A stretch of DNA of 60,190 bases, the filler included, from Sphacelaria rigidula (Eukaryota), in NCBI GenBank assembly GCA_964200075.2. It is 8 parts of 8 records of this genome, joined end to end, with 100 filler letters (N's around TTAATTAATTAA, not from the genome) between each part and the next. Parts side by side here need not be neighbours in the genome. Positions count along the whole stretch, not along the records: positions 30,148 to 37,583 come from CAXNAA020014923.1; positions 37,684 to 45,119 come from CAXNAA020014924.1; positions 45,220 to 52,655 come from CAXNAA020014925.1; 5 more parts are not named here. The stretch is one strand, 5' to 3'. The notes under the pieces were generated by a model that saw only the letters and a list, made by a program, of their open reading frames with translations, ran no database searches and had not been told where the DNA came from. A program made the translations under genes and the position numbers. Shown one piece after another: positions 37,544 through 50,381 of the stretch (its first letter is position 1; each line of letters begins with the position of its first letter).

Positions 37544-37751
37544 GTCATCCCATATATTCTGGGCGCCAGTCTACCCCTTTCGGNNNNNNNNNNNNNNNNN
37601 NNNNNNNNNNNNNNNNNNNNNNNNNNNTTAATTAATTAANNNNNNNNNNNNNNNNNNNNNNNNNNNNNNNNNNNNNNNNNNNNAACGACGATCTGACTCG
37701 AAATTTCGAGCAACCAATGGCCCAAAATACCCCCCCCCCTATCGTAGGATG

Positions 37752-40495
37752 ACTCCTGCCACCACGGATACCTTAGATGACGTACGTGGTATACCACTCA
37801 TACCAAAAGCAAATCATCAGCTCAACCGCATTACCAAGCAAGCCATTCCCATTTTCCGCCCTCCTCCTACGCATACTACCCCTCCCTCTGTTGTGGGTGA
37901 TATAGGTGATATATCGCCTGCGGCGATTGCAAATGCCAACCTTGACTGCATTCCCAAGCAAGCCATCTACTTTTTCGACCTCCTCCTACGCCGATACCCC
38001 CTGGCACTTCGCATACCGTGGGTGATAGATGTAGCGTACCACCCAGGCCAAAAGCAAATCCCAACCTTGACTGCGCTCACAATTAAGCCCTCGTCCTTTT
38101 CCGCCCTCCCCCTACGCATATTACCCCTGCCACTGTCGTGGGTGGCGTAGGTGGTACACTACCCGTGGCGAAAGTAAATGCCAATTTTGACTGCACTCCC
38201 AAGCAAGCCCTCCTCCATTTTCTCCCTCCTTCCAGGTAGATTAATCCTTCCACTCCGCATACCGTAGGTGATACACGTGGTAAACCGCGCACGTCTGAAC
38301 CAAATGCCAACCTCGACTGCATTCACAAGCAAGCCATCCCCCCTTGCCGCTCCCCTCCTACGCATATCACCCCTGCCACTGTTGTGGGTGATACAGGTGG
38401 TATATAACCCGTGACGAAAGGAACTCCCAACCTTGAGTACATTGACAAGCAAGCCATCCCCCTCTTCCCCCTCCTCCGTAGATCTTCCCCGCCACTGTTA
38501 TGGGCGATAAAGATAGTATATAACCCGTGGCGAGAGTGGGTTCCAACCTCGACTGCATTCCTAAGCGAGTCATTCCCCCTTTTCCACCCTCCTCCTACGC
38601 ACATCACCCCTGCCACTGTTATGGGCGATATAGGTGGTATATAACCCGTGGCGAAAGCAACTCCCAACCTCGACTGTAGTCACAAGCAAGCCATTCCCCC
38701 TTGCCGCTCTCCGCCTACGCACATCACCCCTGCCACTGTTATGGGCGATATAGGTGGTATATGACCCGTGACGAAAGCAACTCCCAACCTTGATTGCATT
38801 GACAAGCAAGCCATTCCCCCTTGCCGCCCCATTCCTACGCACATCACCCCTGCCACTGTTATGGGCGATATAGGTGGTGTATAACCCGTGGCGAAAGTAA
38901 GTCCCAACCTTGAATGCATTCTAAGCAAGTCATTCCCTTTCACTCCGCATACCGGAAGGTATAAACGTAGTATACCACCCAGCCCGAAAGCAAATCCGAG
39001 CCTTGACTGCATCCCTAGAAAGTTATTCTCCTTTCCCGCCCTCTTCTGCATCTCCCTGCCACTGTTGTAGATGATACTTTGTAGGTGGTATATTACCCGT
39101 GGCGAAAGAAAATGCCAACCTCGACTGCATTCCCAAGCAAGCCCTCCCCCTTCTCCGCCCTCTTTCTATGTAGGTTTATCCTCCTACTCCGCACACCGCA
39201 GGTGATAGACGTCGTGTACCATGTATGGCCAAAGCAAGTCCCAACCTCGACCGCATTTTCGAACACGCCATTTTCCCTTTCGACATTCCTACTACGCATA
39301 TTCCCCCCGCCACTCCGTATGCCGCAAGGGATGAACGAAGTATACCACTCAGCCCGGAAGCGAATCCTGTGGTCCATTTCTTTCGCACGTGTCCCCTCGC
39401 CCTCTTCCGCCCTCCTCCTACGCATATTCCCCCTGCCACTACGGATATCCCAGATGATGTACGTGGTATATCACTCATACCAAAAGCAAACCATCAGCTC
39501 AACCGCATTACTAAGCAAGCCATTTTCGGCCCTCCTCCTACGCATATTCCCCCTCCCTCTGTTGTGGGTGATATATGTGATATATTCCCTGTGGCGATTG
39601 CAAATGCCGACCTTGACTGCATTCCCAAGCAAGCCATGCATTTTTTCGACCTCCTTCTACGCAGATACCCCCTGGCACTCCGCATACCGTGGGTGATTGA
39701 CGTAGCGTACCACCCAGGCCAAGAGCAAATCCCAACCTTGACTGCATTCACAAGTAAGCCCTCGCCCTTTCCCGCCCTCCACCGACGCATGTTCTCCCTA
39801 CAACTGTGGTGGGTGGCGTAGGTGGTACATCGCCCATGTCAAAACAACCCCATGTCAAAACAAACCAACCCCGACCGCATTCCCAAGGCAGGTACTGCCT
39901 CTTTTCCACTCACCTCCTACGTAGATTCCTCCCTATCACTCCGTATACCTGGGGTGATATATGTGGTATACTACCCATGGCGAAATCAATCCCGACCTTG
40001 ACGGCGTTCACAAGCAAGCCATTCCCCTCCTCCACCCTCCTCCTACGCATATCCCCCTTGCCTCTGTTGTGGGTAATATAGGTGGTACACCACCCGTGGC
40101 GAAAGGAAATTCCAATATCCGCTGCGTTCACAAGCAAGCCCCAGCCCTTTTTCGCCCTCCTCCTATGCATACCGTAAGGGATAGAAGTTGTATACCGCCC
40201 ACGGAGAAAGTAAATTCCAATATCCGCTGCATTCACGATCAAGCCCTCTTCTGTTCCGCCCTCCTCTTACGTATATTCCTCCTGCCGCTATACATACCGT
40301 GGGTGATATACGTAGTATACCACCAAGGCCGAAAGCAAATCCCAACCTCCACTGTATTCAAAATCCCCCCCCCCTACCGCCCCCCACCCTACTCGACTTC
40401 CATCAGTCGCCAGGCATACCATGAATAACATACGTGGCATACCAGCCAGATCGACAACAAATCCCGATATGGATTTGTTTTACAAGCAAGCCCTT
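37752..40495. repeat. Tandem array of ~22 diverged 120/126-bp units with higher-order duplication
   Basis: Exact 120-bp period at 38641/38761; anchors CCCTCCTCCTACGCATAT and CAAGCAAGCCAT; block at 37755 recurs at 39432. Confidence 0.92.
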
Positions 40496-41764
40496 CTACT
40501 GCCAGACGATCTCATTCCAAGTACTGTTCCAGTTTGTTTGCCCTCTTGTACTTCCAACGTACATGGCTCAACTCAAATAACGCAACACTGTTTGCGCAAC
40601 AGAGTATAGGTTTTTCATCATGTCAGAAGTTGACGCCATAACGGAGGGTGTGTGAGGATCAGGCACCGCTGCCGACAACTCGTGTCACACAGAACTGAAC
40701 TGATTCGACGTTCACCAACGCCTCCACACAACCAAACTCCCATTGCCTTTCCACGTCGATCCTACCGAATAGAAATGAACGGATTATATCCAGGTGCATA
40801 TACGCTCCAGAAGCGTTTCCAAAATCCTTTCGTTCCCTGTTTGTGCTTCGCCATGTGACAAGATGACTGATACGTCGGAGGACGTCCGCCACCAACCACC
40901 ACCATCACAGCCTCCACTTCTCAACTCAGACGATGGATGCGGTAGCTTGTGGAACATCTACGCCCACAGCGACAGCCAGCAGAGCTACCAACGCCTTGGT
41001 GTACCCCACGTTAGACGCTGCATCTTCCGGGCTACCGGCAGAACTGAGCTGAACATCGACCAACGTCACGTTACAACGATGGGATTGAGGGGTGGGGGTG
41101 GTGAGGTTCAGCTGCTGGAGTCTTCTTCTGTCTCTGTCGTAATTCAGTCATGACCCTTTGACCGCCCGGACGTGTCCATCTATTGAGTGGTTGAGTGAGC
41201 ACCACATTTACTTTGAAAAACGTTCGATTCAGATGTGCATCCACGGGCGCTGGAAGGGTTGACTGTGGACCTACGCCGCCTTCCTCCAGACGAGGCTGTC
41301 TCAAGGTCTAGGATCTGTTCATCCATCTACCTCTCCCCTGACGTAAAAGGGCGAGGGGCTGACGTCCAGCATCATATTTCGGTTACATGCATCTGAAGAT
41401 TAGTTGGCGCCTTCGCATGCTACTAACCTATTTTTCCGCGTTTTCAAAACCGTAATGTTTTGGTTACATGGCTCTGAACCTGCCATATACCGAAAAGAGA
41501 ATGTCGGAAGTGTGCTACCATTGTATTGAACTCCCCCGCCCCCTAACTCCCCGCGGCACTTGCCCAGCATTTTGCTTCATACCAAGAGCATTGAATGAGC
41601 ACAACCCGCTCAATCCATCGACTCTCTTGATCTTTCCCTGTAACCACACCAAATCTCGCGCTCATGCGTTCGACAACATCTTGTAGCATGGGTACAGAGT
41701 TTTGTGTGTGTAGTGTTACTGCACTCGATAGATGAGGTACGGCAGCCGAGATAAAATAACATGT

Positions 41765-42180
41765 ATGGTACGGAGATCAGGAGGGGTCGCCGTCGCCGCT
41801 AACGTGAAAGGGGCTTTTGCACGCACTGAATCATTCCAACGGGGAAATCAGGAAAAGAAGCAGCATTACGGTTGTTTGCCTTGAAAGATTTGCTTCCCTC
41901 AAGCATCCTAGTTCAAGTCAAGAAGCAAATGTGGCGCAGTTCCCAAGGGAGGCCCACCATCATTCTACAGAGGAGGGTTGTGTGTTGGCATCAACCCATG
42001 TTTGGGGCCAGCTCGATATAACGCTAGTACGGTCAACAGCAGCCACGGGACCGATGATATAATGCTCAATATTCGCCCTGTCAGGGTGGTGCCCGGGCAG
42101 AAGTGGGCTGATGGACTCCTCGAGAATACGAAGGCATCAAGAGGAAGCGGGGGGGAGGAGTGTGGTTGAGATTACGATAC
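41765..42180 (+). pseudogene. Possible degenerate SET-domain relic
   Basis: With frameshifts: EIRR..SP..KG(L/A)FAR..IIPTG, GPARY...VNSSHGT...NIR, TKA...GEECG*DY, in SET motif order. Confidence 0.4.
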
Positions 42181-43089
42181 ACTAAAATTAAAAACGCGTA
42201 CCGTAAAATAGTTGAGGCGCCTGACTCGTGCAGTACTGCATTCAAGGCAACTTATTAATGCCATTATATTTGTCGGACATGTTTATCTTGAGCTTTCGCT
42301 CTTGGATACCGGTATGTTGCAGTCCTGCCAATGGCCTGTGGAGAACGGATTTCGTGTACGACAGATTTCATGTGAATGGGGTCATGTGAACCTTATCGTT
42401 GCGTATATCGCGTGGTGTTTGGCAAACTCAAGGTAATCGTGGCCATTACGTGCATAGTGTGTGGAGTCTCATGGATGGTTAGGCCGTGCGCGTGCAGGGA
42501 GTATCGTATGGGAGTGCAAACTATTATACTGCAGTGCGTTGCGGCGCGATACAGAGCACTGTACCATGTATTGGTACCCTACACTGCAGTACGAAGTACA
42601 GTACAACACGTAGTAGGTTAGTGAAGCGCCCACGTTCCCTGTACAGGCTGGGCCGCCTGAGAAGCGGACTTTCTTTCAGCCGGGTCAAACTGACGATCTA
42701 TCGCGAGTTGTACCTACTATGACACATCGTGGTAATCTGCAAGTCAACGCGCGTGTTTCACTTCACGTAAGCCTGCGATCTGACAAGTTTCCATCAAACG
42801 AAATACCAAACTATAGTCAGCTGCGAAGTGTAGAGAGTTGAGGGTGGCATGTGCGGCGGAACTAGGGGAAAAAAACGCTGAAATCGCATTTACGGATACA
42901 GCCGGTTGTGCCGCGGCCGCGAAGTGATGGTGCTGCACCAGTTGTGGTTGTATAACAATTCATGTCGTTCTGTACGAGCGCAGGGTGTGAGGTGGCACGC
43001 AGACGCGACCTCCAGCGCCCCAAGGCGTCGGGCTTGTAGAAAACGTCAAAGTTCCGGCTAAGGTTGTTGTACTCTAAAAGCAAGTGAAC

Positions 43090-43710
43090 AACGCGATTCC
43101 ACTGCTCAATTTCAAGTCGTTTTCCATGAAATTTTGACACGATATACATGGGGTATATGTGAAGCCCCCACCGTTTGCCCCTCTTTTTTTTTCCTCGTAT
43201 GATATTGGTAATGTAAATTTCGGAACATTTTTTCTGGTACAAAAGCGTCAACAACTTATTAAAAAAAAAAATGGCAAGGGGGGACAATGGGGAGTTCAAA
43301 ACATACCTCATGCGAATCGTCTCGAAATTTCGTGAAAAAAAATCTCAAGACTCAACAGCATAACCGCGTTTCATTTTTTCGTGGCTCGTCCATGTCCACA
43401 TAGGAACCAGTCTTGGACACGAACACGCGATTTAGCAGCTGAATTTCGAGTCGTTTTCCATGAAACTTTGACAACATGTACAAGATGTATGCGCGAAGGC
43501 GCCACTTTTTCCACCCTACCTTTGTTCTTTTCTTCGTGAGTTATAGGCGACCAAACATTTCAGCACTGTTTTTTTTCGGGACGAAATCGTGAATGACTCC
43601 AAAAAAAAAAAAAATGTAGGGTGTAAAATGTGGCGTCTTCGCACATACATCTTGTACATCGTGTCAAAATTTCACAGAAAACGACCTGAAATTCAGCTGG
43701 GATATCGCGT
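43090..43710. mobile_element. Second tandem pair of the same long-TIR MITE family
   Basis: GTCGTTTTCCATGAAA(T/C)TTTGACA arms and inverse TGTCAAAATTTCACAGAAAACGAC. Confidence 0.7.
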
Positions 43711-45369
43711 GTTCACATCCCTGTCCGCGTCTAAGGCGACCCAGCCTGTACCGTACCGTGCGAGCAGTATCGCACTTGAACCTTTTTCAGCGATTTGTTT
43801 TGCTTTCTGTCTTATGACGGCGACTCGATTCCAATCAGATTCAGTTACATTTAACGTGAGCTATCGATTGATCAACATGCAAGTGCGGAGACGCGTGACA
43901 CTGTGACTCAGAACACAACGACCACAGTCACTTACGTCCAACCTGTTGATCAACCTCTCAATGAACTAATCAGCCGAACAGCCACCACTCAACCAATGCA
44001 TTTCGCTTCGCGACTCACCGCAAGTGTGCCCTTGTCGCCGGAGCTTCCCCCACGGCGAGGAGTTCCTTCATCATAACCAGCACGTACCCTCCTTCTCGTG
44101 CCTCTGGGTTCGGGCCTCTTTGACCCGGCCTCCATATGTATATATATACACATCCATACGATATTCAACGACAAAAGACGACGCGTTACTTGTTTCGGGT
44201 AAACAAATCGTGTTCATCAAAGCAAAATGCTGGATGATTGACTACCACGCACATCATCACCTTTGCCGTCCAGCAAAAAGCAAAACGACATATAGCAAGA
44301 ATTCATTGTTCTATTGGGAGGCTCAGAATGTGTTCCGAAACCACCCTCACTATCACCATCGCCCCCACACTCATTATTGCAAAACAACGCGTGTTTTGTA
44401 GTTTAACTGACGAGGTCGTCTCATGAGGGAAACGGCCGTCTTTCGCTCTTGCTCCTCTCCGAAAGCCAGATAAGCCAGCGGACAAGACGGCAAGAGCCAC
44501 GATTATGAAAACATCGTGGCACAAGAAACGGACAACTCCGTAAAGAAGGTTGACAGATGTTTTGGACTGATCGTTGCCCATTGGACACTTATCTACATGG
44601 GGCAATCGCGGGGGGACACAAGGTGTTGTTCCTTTGTTCTTTTGTACATGATCAATGTCTTCATGAAAAGAGGAGGCAGAGAAGCAGGGGAGAAAACGTT
44701 TGGCCGATGAAGGAGGAGGGGTGCATCCATGATCTTGCATGCCGTAATCATATGATCACTGACCTCGCATCGCTACAAAGCCGGGACGGATCACGCCGGG
44801 TTTTAGCCCGACCAGGCTCGCAATCACCGAGCGCGAAACGCCGTGATGTGTTCGGGGGGTCGCATGAAGGGTGAGCTGCATTCTGCTAAGATTGTTCGGC
44901 TCGAAGCGTACTGATTATCTTGCATATGGACGACAGCTTCCAATGACTTGCTTCATTTTCTGGTATCACCACTTTCAGAGACAGCCACAGGTTACACACT
45001 GCCTGGTGGGCGTCTCACCACTACGTAGTATGATCATCCTCTTTACCGATAGAAGGGGGGCGGAAGGGTGGGGGGGGGGAGGGGGGGGGGTACTCATGAT
45101 CATGCTTGCCATAGTCATCNNNNNNNNNNNNNNNNNNNNNNNNNNNNNNNNNNNNNNNNNNNNTTAATTAATTAANNNNNNNNNNNNNNNNNNNNNNNNN
45201 NNNNNNNNNNNNNNNNNNNGAAATTTCCACGCTGGGGTTCGTTGTAGCCAATGTCGCAAATATGAGGCGCTTCATGCAGCCTGAACCCGAACATCAGGCG
45301 CTCTATGTCCTTTTTTTCGAGACACTTTTAGCTGGTTTTGGGGGAGGGCTATCGTAGAAAGTATCTTTT

Positions 45370-45607
45370 TAGTACCCCACCTTCCTTCTACTGTGCTTGC
45401 CTTTTTGTATTTTTTATCGCGAGAAAGGTTTAGCAGCCCCTTTCCCTCGCTGACCGTTGAGTCAGATTTTGTGTACCCACGACATAGTCGCTCTCCACTG
45501 TTGGGTATGGTGTAAGAAAAGATCCCAGATCGCGCCGGGAATCGAACCCCTCAACTCAACCGTCAGAAGAAGGTTACGAGGTTACCAACTGAGCCACCGG
45601 GGCGACC
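45370..45607 (-). mobile_element. tRNA-derived SINE copy (further partial copies at 45780-45882 + and 37497-37583 -)
   Basis: Reverse complement begins GGTCGCCCCGGTGGCTCAGTTGG, with GGGTTCGATTCC B-box and the shared GTGGAGAGCGACTATGTCGTGGGTAC body. Confidence 0.8.
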
Positions 45608-45993
45608 ATAGATGACTTGCCAAATTTACTGATTACGACGGTGACTATCGATAGATATATCCCAGAATCTATAGCGGTGAACAATGTCCATCGATGGCCG
45701 CTGATCTTGATGTAATGGTCGAATTGATTGCCTCTTGCTTGTAACATCTTCTGTCGACTCTTGCGATACATCTCAATATTGAAACTTTCTGACGGTTGGG
45801 TCGCTGGTTCGAATCTCGGTGCCGTCACACGATCTACGAGTAGGGTTTCTTCCACTCCATGCGCAAAAGTGGAGAGCGACTATCTGGTGACCATAAATAA
45901 GTGCGACTGTACGGTCTGAAGAATGGTTACTGCCATTATTGAGGAAATGGCAGGCCACGGACTGAGCATCCATCTTGCCTCGGCAGTTGAACA

Positions 45994-46611
45994 TGGTGGA
46001 AGCTCTGTTGTATGGGGGGTGCGCCACATCGACGCTACGTTGTGAGGACTTCGAGACTCTGCGCACTGCCCATCACAAGCTCTTGCTGCGAGTGAGTGGT
46101 TGGAATCTGCAGGAACGATCGAAATGGCTATAAGATTATTTCGTGCAAAGCGGTGTTCGAGATGACCAACTGTGAACGTATCGAGACGACTATCCGTAAA
46201 CATCAACAACTCTGGTTCGCGGGAGCCCTTGTCCGGCAGAAGGGCACACGCCTTGCCGAGCGTGTCACGAACGGTCGGCTTTCCAGACGAGGGCCCAAGG
46301 AGGTCGGCCGCCCCCCCAAGCAATGGGAGGATACCCCAAAGGAGAACCTACGTGCGCTAGGGGCTGTCCCGCACAAAGGAGCCCGACGAAAGTGGTTCGT
46401 ATACGGTGTAGAGGTTAACGATACATACGATTGGGTCACTGCGGCGAAGGACCTGGGCAAATAGCATATTGGAGTCGAGAAGGGAGCGGAAGAGTTTGAG
46501 GACACGTGGCAACGCGCAGACAAGCGAGAATCAGATCGCCGTCACAAGCGAGAGGCTGCTGCGTCGAGAGCTGCCAATCGGAAAATCATGTCCTCTCATA
46601 TCGGTTGTTGA
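45994..46611 (+). mobile_element. 5'-truncated RTE-clade non-LTR retrotransposon, C-terminal part of RT ORF
   Basis: EALLYG-CAT, AHHKLLLRV, IETTIRKHQQLWFAGALVRQKGTRL, GRPPKQWED motifs typical of RTE ORF ends; frameshifts and a stop. Confidence 0.88.
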
Positions 46612-46954
46612 TTATTATGCCCTTGGTCGGTGGCTCTGCGGTACCCACTGGTGTGTGTCTATATCTACTCTGCTGCCCTGAATCCCTTAGGCCTTTTCCT
46701 TCCCCCCCCCCCCCCATCGTTTCATTGTATTTTTATTTATTTGCTTTGTACTTTCCTCTTATTTTCCTTTTTCTTGTTTCAGGTCGGCCATTTCTTTCTG
46801 TGCTTTGCTTGTGTTGACTTTTTTTTTTTGCCACGACTTAGTCTGCTATGTCGTTTTGTTCGACCCCTCTTTCTTCTTTTCTTTCTTTATTTTTCTTTTC
46901 TATTCCTGTTTTTTTTCTGTTCCGTTTTCTTTTCTTTCTTTTCTTCTTTTTCCC

Positions 46955-47378
46955 CCTTAGGCCGCTTCTTATAACGGACAAAAATATATGTCTGGTAGAG
47001 TGCATTTTTGGAGCTTTTACATCGTTCTACTAGTTGAGGCGGTTCCAGGACCTCTTCCCGTTTTCAGGTGGCCACAGTTTTCATTTTGACCAAAGAAGAA
47101 TTCTTGTCCAAGAACGACAAAAAATCGTCAAGTTGAGAGAAAAGTGGCGATTTAATCTAGATTCGACTGTTAATTACGCTTCTTGGACATTTTTTTTTGG
47201 CCATAATAAAAACTGCGGCTACCGAAAAACGGGAAGATGTTCTGGAACCGCCTCAACTAATGGAACAATTCATTCCAAGGTGTCAAACTCTGCCTAGCTC
47301 TCTTTAGGGGCGTAAAACGTCGTAAAAGCTCCGAAAAGGTACTTTTCAAGTTTTTTTTTTCTCGTCTGTTATAAGCCT
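46955..47378. repeat. Dispersed repeat family (relatives at ~380-760 and ~6640-7000)
   Basis: Shared ATTCCA(A/G)GGTGTCAAACTC(C/T)GCCTA...TTTAGGG(G)CGTAAAACG and GTTCCAG(G/A)AC motifs. Confidence 0.6.
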
Positions 47379-47715
47379 TAATTAGAGCGTGTTTCAGTTT
47401 CGTTTTTCTTGGGTACGTCTATCATGAAACCACGGCTGGACCCCTGGGAGGTCAGTTAAAGTGCGAAAATGAATCAATCAAAATGAATCAATCAATATAG
47501 CGTTCCGAAATGCAGAATATAATACATCACTCCGACATGCGTGCGAATTCCGCCGCAAGTGCGGAGAGTTGACCAACGGGTGTGGATGCTGTTTTCTAGG
47601 TTGGGTAAAAATGAATAAAACATAGTGTTCCGAAATGCCTTGACCAGACGAGATTCAAGTGTCTTCTGCGAGACCTTGCACGTTGCACTACACTGGAGTG
47701 GGTAGCCCGGATGAA

Positions 47716-47997
47716 ATGCGAACTAAGAGCCCCAATAGGAAGAATGATCCCTGTAAAGATACAGACGGTGGTAGTGATGGTGATATCATGGAAAGCGAGG
47801 AAGCCCAGTCCATGTTGTCATCGCCCCGGAAAAGGACAAGCCGCTTGGCATCAACGAGAAAGGGCTTGACTTCCTCCATGGGCGGGTCGAGGTCCGCTAA
47901 AACGAAGAAGCTTGCCAGAGAGGTCGAGCGGCCGCGCATGGTCACTCATGCGGCGAGGGATGACTTATTAGCGGCAATTAATCAGTTCGTTTCTGAG
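47716..47997 (+). CDS. Exon-like ORF, possibly the N-terminus of a degenerate Mutator-like (MULE) transposase
   Basis: 94 open codons ending HAARDDLLAAINQFVSE at a strong GAG|GTGAGT donor; downstream (~49670-49800) SPWVGKY...NKRHAC resembles the CPW...HxC MuDR zinc-binding motif. Confidence 0.35.
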
Positions 47998-50381
47998 GTG
48001 AGTCGTGTGCTGGAACTAGATATAATAGTACGTTGTCGTCAGGTTAGGGGTTTGATGTCGTATGCCCCTCAACCGTTACACCGTGCCGTTGGGGGAAGTC
48101 GTTGGGCCACGTGTGACCTGTTGTACTGTTGTGGTGCCCTTGTGTATATGTGATCGGGTTCTGGCACGGGCAACCGCACTCTTGCTCATACCTCAACACC
48201 AGCGGGTTCGCGAGGCTGTAGCTGTAACGCCTTCGAGTCACACCTTGTACTATATTACTATACTGTACCTCACACTGCACTCTTCTGCACTCTTCTGTAG
48301 AGTGCAATCAGTAGTACAGTACTTTTTACTTGGCCTTGCGCGTTGAGTTGGAAAGCCGTTTGGCCACCTGCGGCACCGGATCTTCTGAGGTTCGCCATAT
48401 GTTTTCTCTTTATTCTGTAATATGTATCCCTGTTTTGCTTGTATCGCGTTTTGTGAGTTTTAATATAGGTCTTTTTTTTTGGGGGGGGGGGGTTGCTAGC
48501 CTGTGACCACGGAAGGGGTCTGCATCAGATGCCGACTACGAGTGGACCGCGCAGATATCGGAACGGTTTTTAATGCGTAGACAACAACAGTACAGGATCG
48601 TATACGTGATTGCACCGTGCTACGTGCGCGATCCTGTTGCCATGGCCGTGTCCTGAGAAAGTTGCACGTGATATCCAATACACCATCAGGAATGATGTCA
48701 AACATCCGGTTTCACGAACTTTGAACTGTATGATGACCGCCATTACCAGTGTAGTGTCTGTGATTTTGATTTTTGCTCCTAGCGAGACCAACCTTTCTAG
48801 CAGACACTTATATAGAACGGACTACTGGAAATCCAGATCTAACTGACGTAAAGCTAAACCGCGAGTTCCTCCCCATTCATTCAAGCGAAAGACGAAGGCA
48901 GTAGGCGTTGCGGCTGACTGTGGTGCAGAATTTGCGATGTATATGATGGTGAATGCCGATCTTTGACGATGGCCCGCCTGCGACTGACGGGGTGGTGTTT
49001 CGTCGACACCTTCGCCCGAGGCGGCAATGGTGTCCTACTTACCTATCGGTGCTGGGTAAAATAATTTTCACTGGAGATAGTGAAGAACACAATTTTCAAC
49101 TGCCACTCGGAAGCTCTAGAACGGATATCACAGTTAACCCTGTGACTACGAGCGTCACTTCGGAACAGTTTCGCCGACTGACAGTCCGGGAACATCCGGG
49201 GGGTTCCAGGGGGCGGGGGAATGGTTTTTGACAGGGAGTAGGTGCCTGTTCCCAGGGCAACCGCATAGCTCACGAAGTCAACAATGTGTGTTTGGAAGCT
49301 TCCCCCGGAAAATTTGGGATCGAAGCCCGAGGAGGGGAATGGTCATTTTGATGGCTGTGCTTGGTCAGAACGGTCACTTTGTTCCCCTACAGATGGATTA
49401 CTCACGAAAATCGGCTAAATTGCAGTGTAGCTGTATTTTGACTTTTTGGGCATGACCACTCAACCATAGGTAAGATAAGCAATGAGCGTGTGTTTTTACC
49501 GTGCTCGTCGTCCTGACCGCCTGCCTGACCCCCCTTGTGTTGCCAGCATAGCTTCACTCTATCTGTAATGTTGTGGAGTCACTATTGTAAGCAACGACAT
49601 CAGCGGCTTGTGGTAAGTGTGTTCAGTGTAGAGCAATGGCACGCTGACTATTTCATACCGTTGCATTCAGCCGTTGATGAAACAAGTCCGTGGGTGGGTA
49701 AGTATAGTAGCAGCATTACAGACAAAAAACAAGGGGTTACCGTTGAGAATAAGCGACATGCGTGCAAGATCAACATACGCTCAAGACGTGCCAGCCCTAC
49801 CCTGAAAGTACCAGGACTGCTGCGAAAGCATGGACAGGAGGAGGGCATGTTGTTTGCATCATTCGCAGCAGTGGCGGCTGCAAGCGTGTGTCGCTTGCAA
49901 ACCATTAACAGCATGTACCTATGAAAACTAAACATTGCAACGGGTATGTTCGGACCCGCAGTCGAAAGGTTACCATTTTTGGCCATTTCTCGCAGACGAA
50001 GAATCAGAGCGCGACGCAGATTTATGGCTGTGCTGTACAGAACAACTGAGGATGACATGGCTGAGATGAGATGTCAGGCTGACCTTGCGCGTGGTTTTAT
50101 TGGTCTGAGAATATGTAGGGGTAGAAATAGTGTGGATGTCGTCAGGAGACCCCCAGCTGCAGTGTTGGCACAAGTAAACGTTCTGGGAATAAATCCACGA
50201 CCTTCACAGCGAAAACTAGGGAAAGGTTGGGGTGGTACAGCAGACAAAGTGCAGAGCAGAGCAGTTTTGAGACCCTGAGTTACACAAGACAACTAGTGTG
50301 ATTCGGTGATACGTTCCTGTCGGGTCAAGACACGGAGGTGAATATACGTATAATACCTGCGGGGGGCAAGTTCAAGATTGT

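Noticed and set aside
37752-40495. EsV-1-7 cysteine repeat or 42-aa TPR assignment for the array
   Set aside because: Only loose resemblance (C.xHG, EG..VN); the conserved second and third Cys and the TPR pattern are absent
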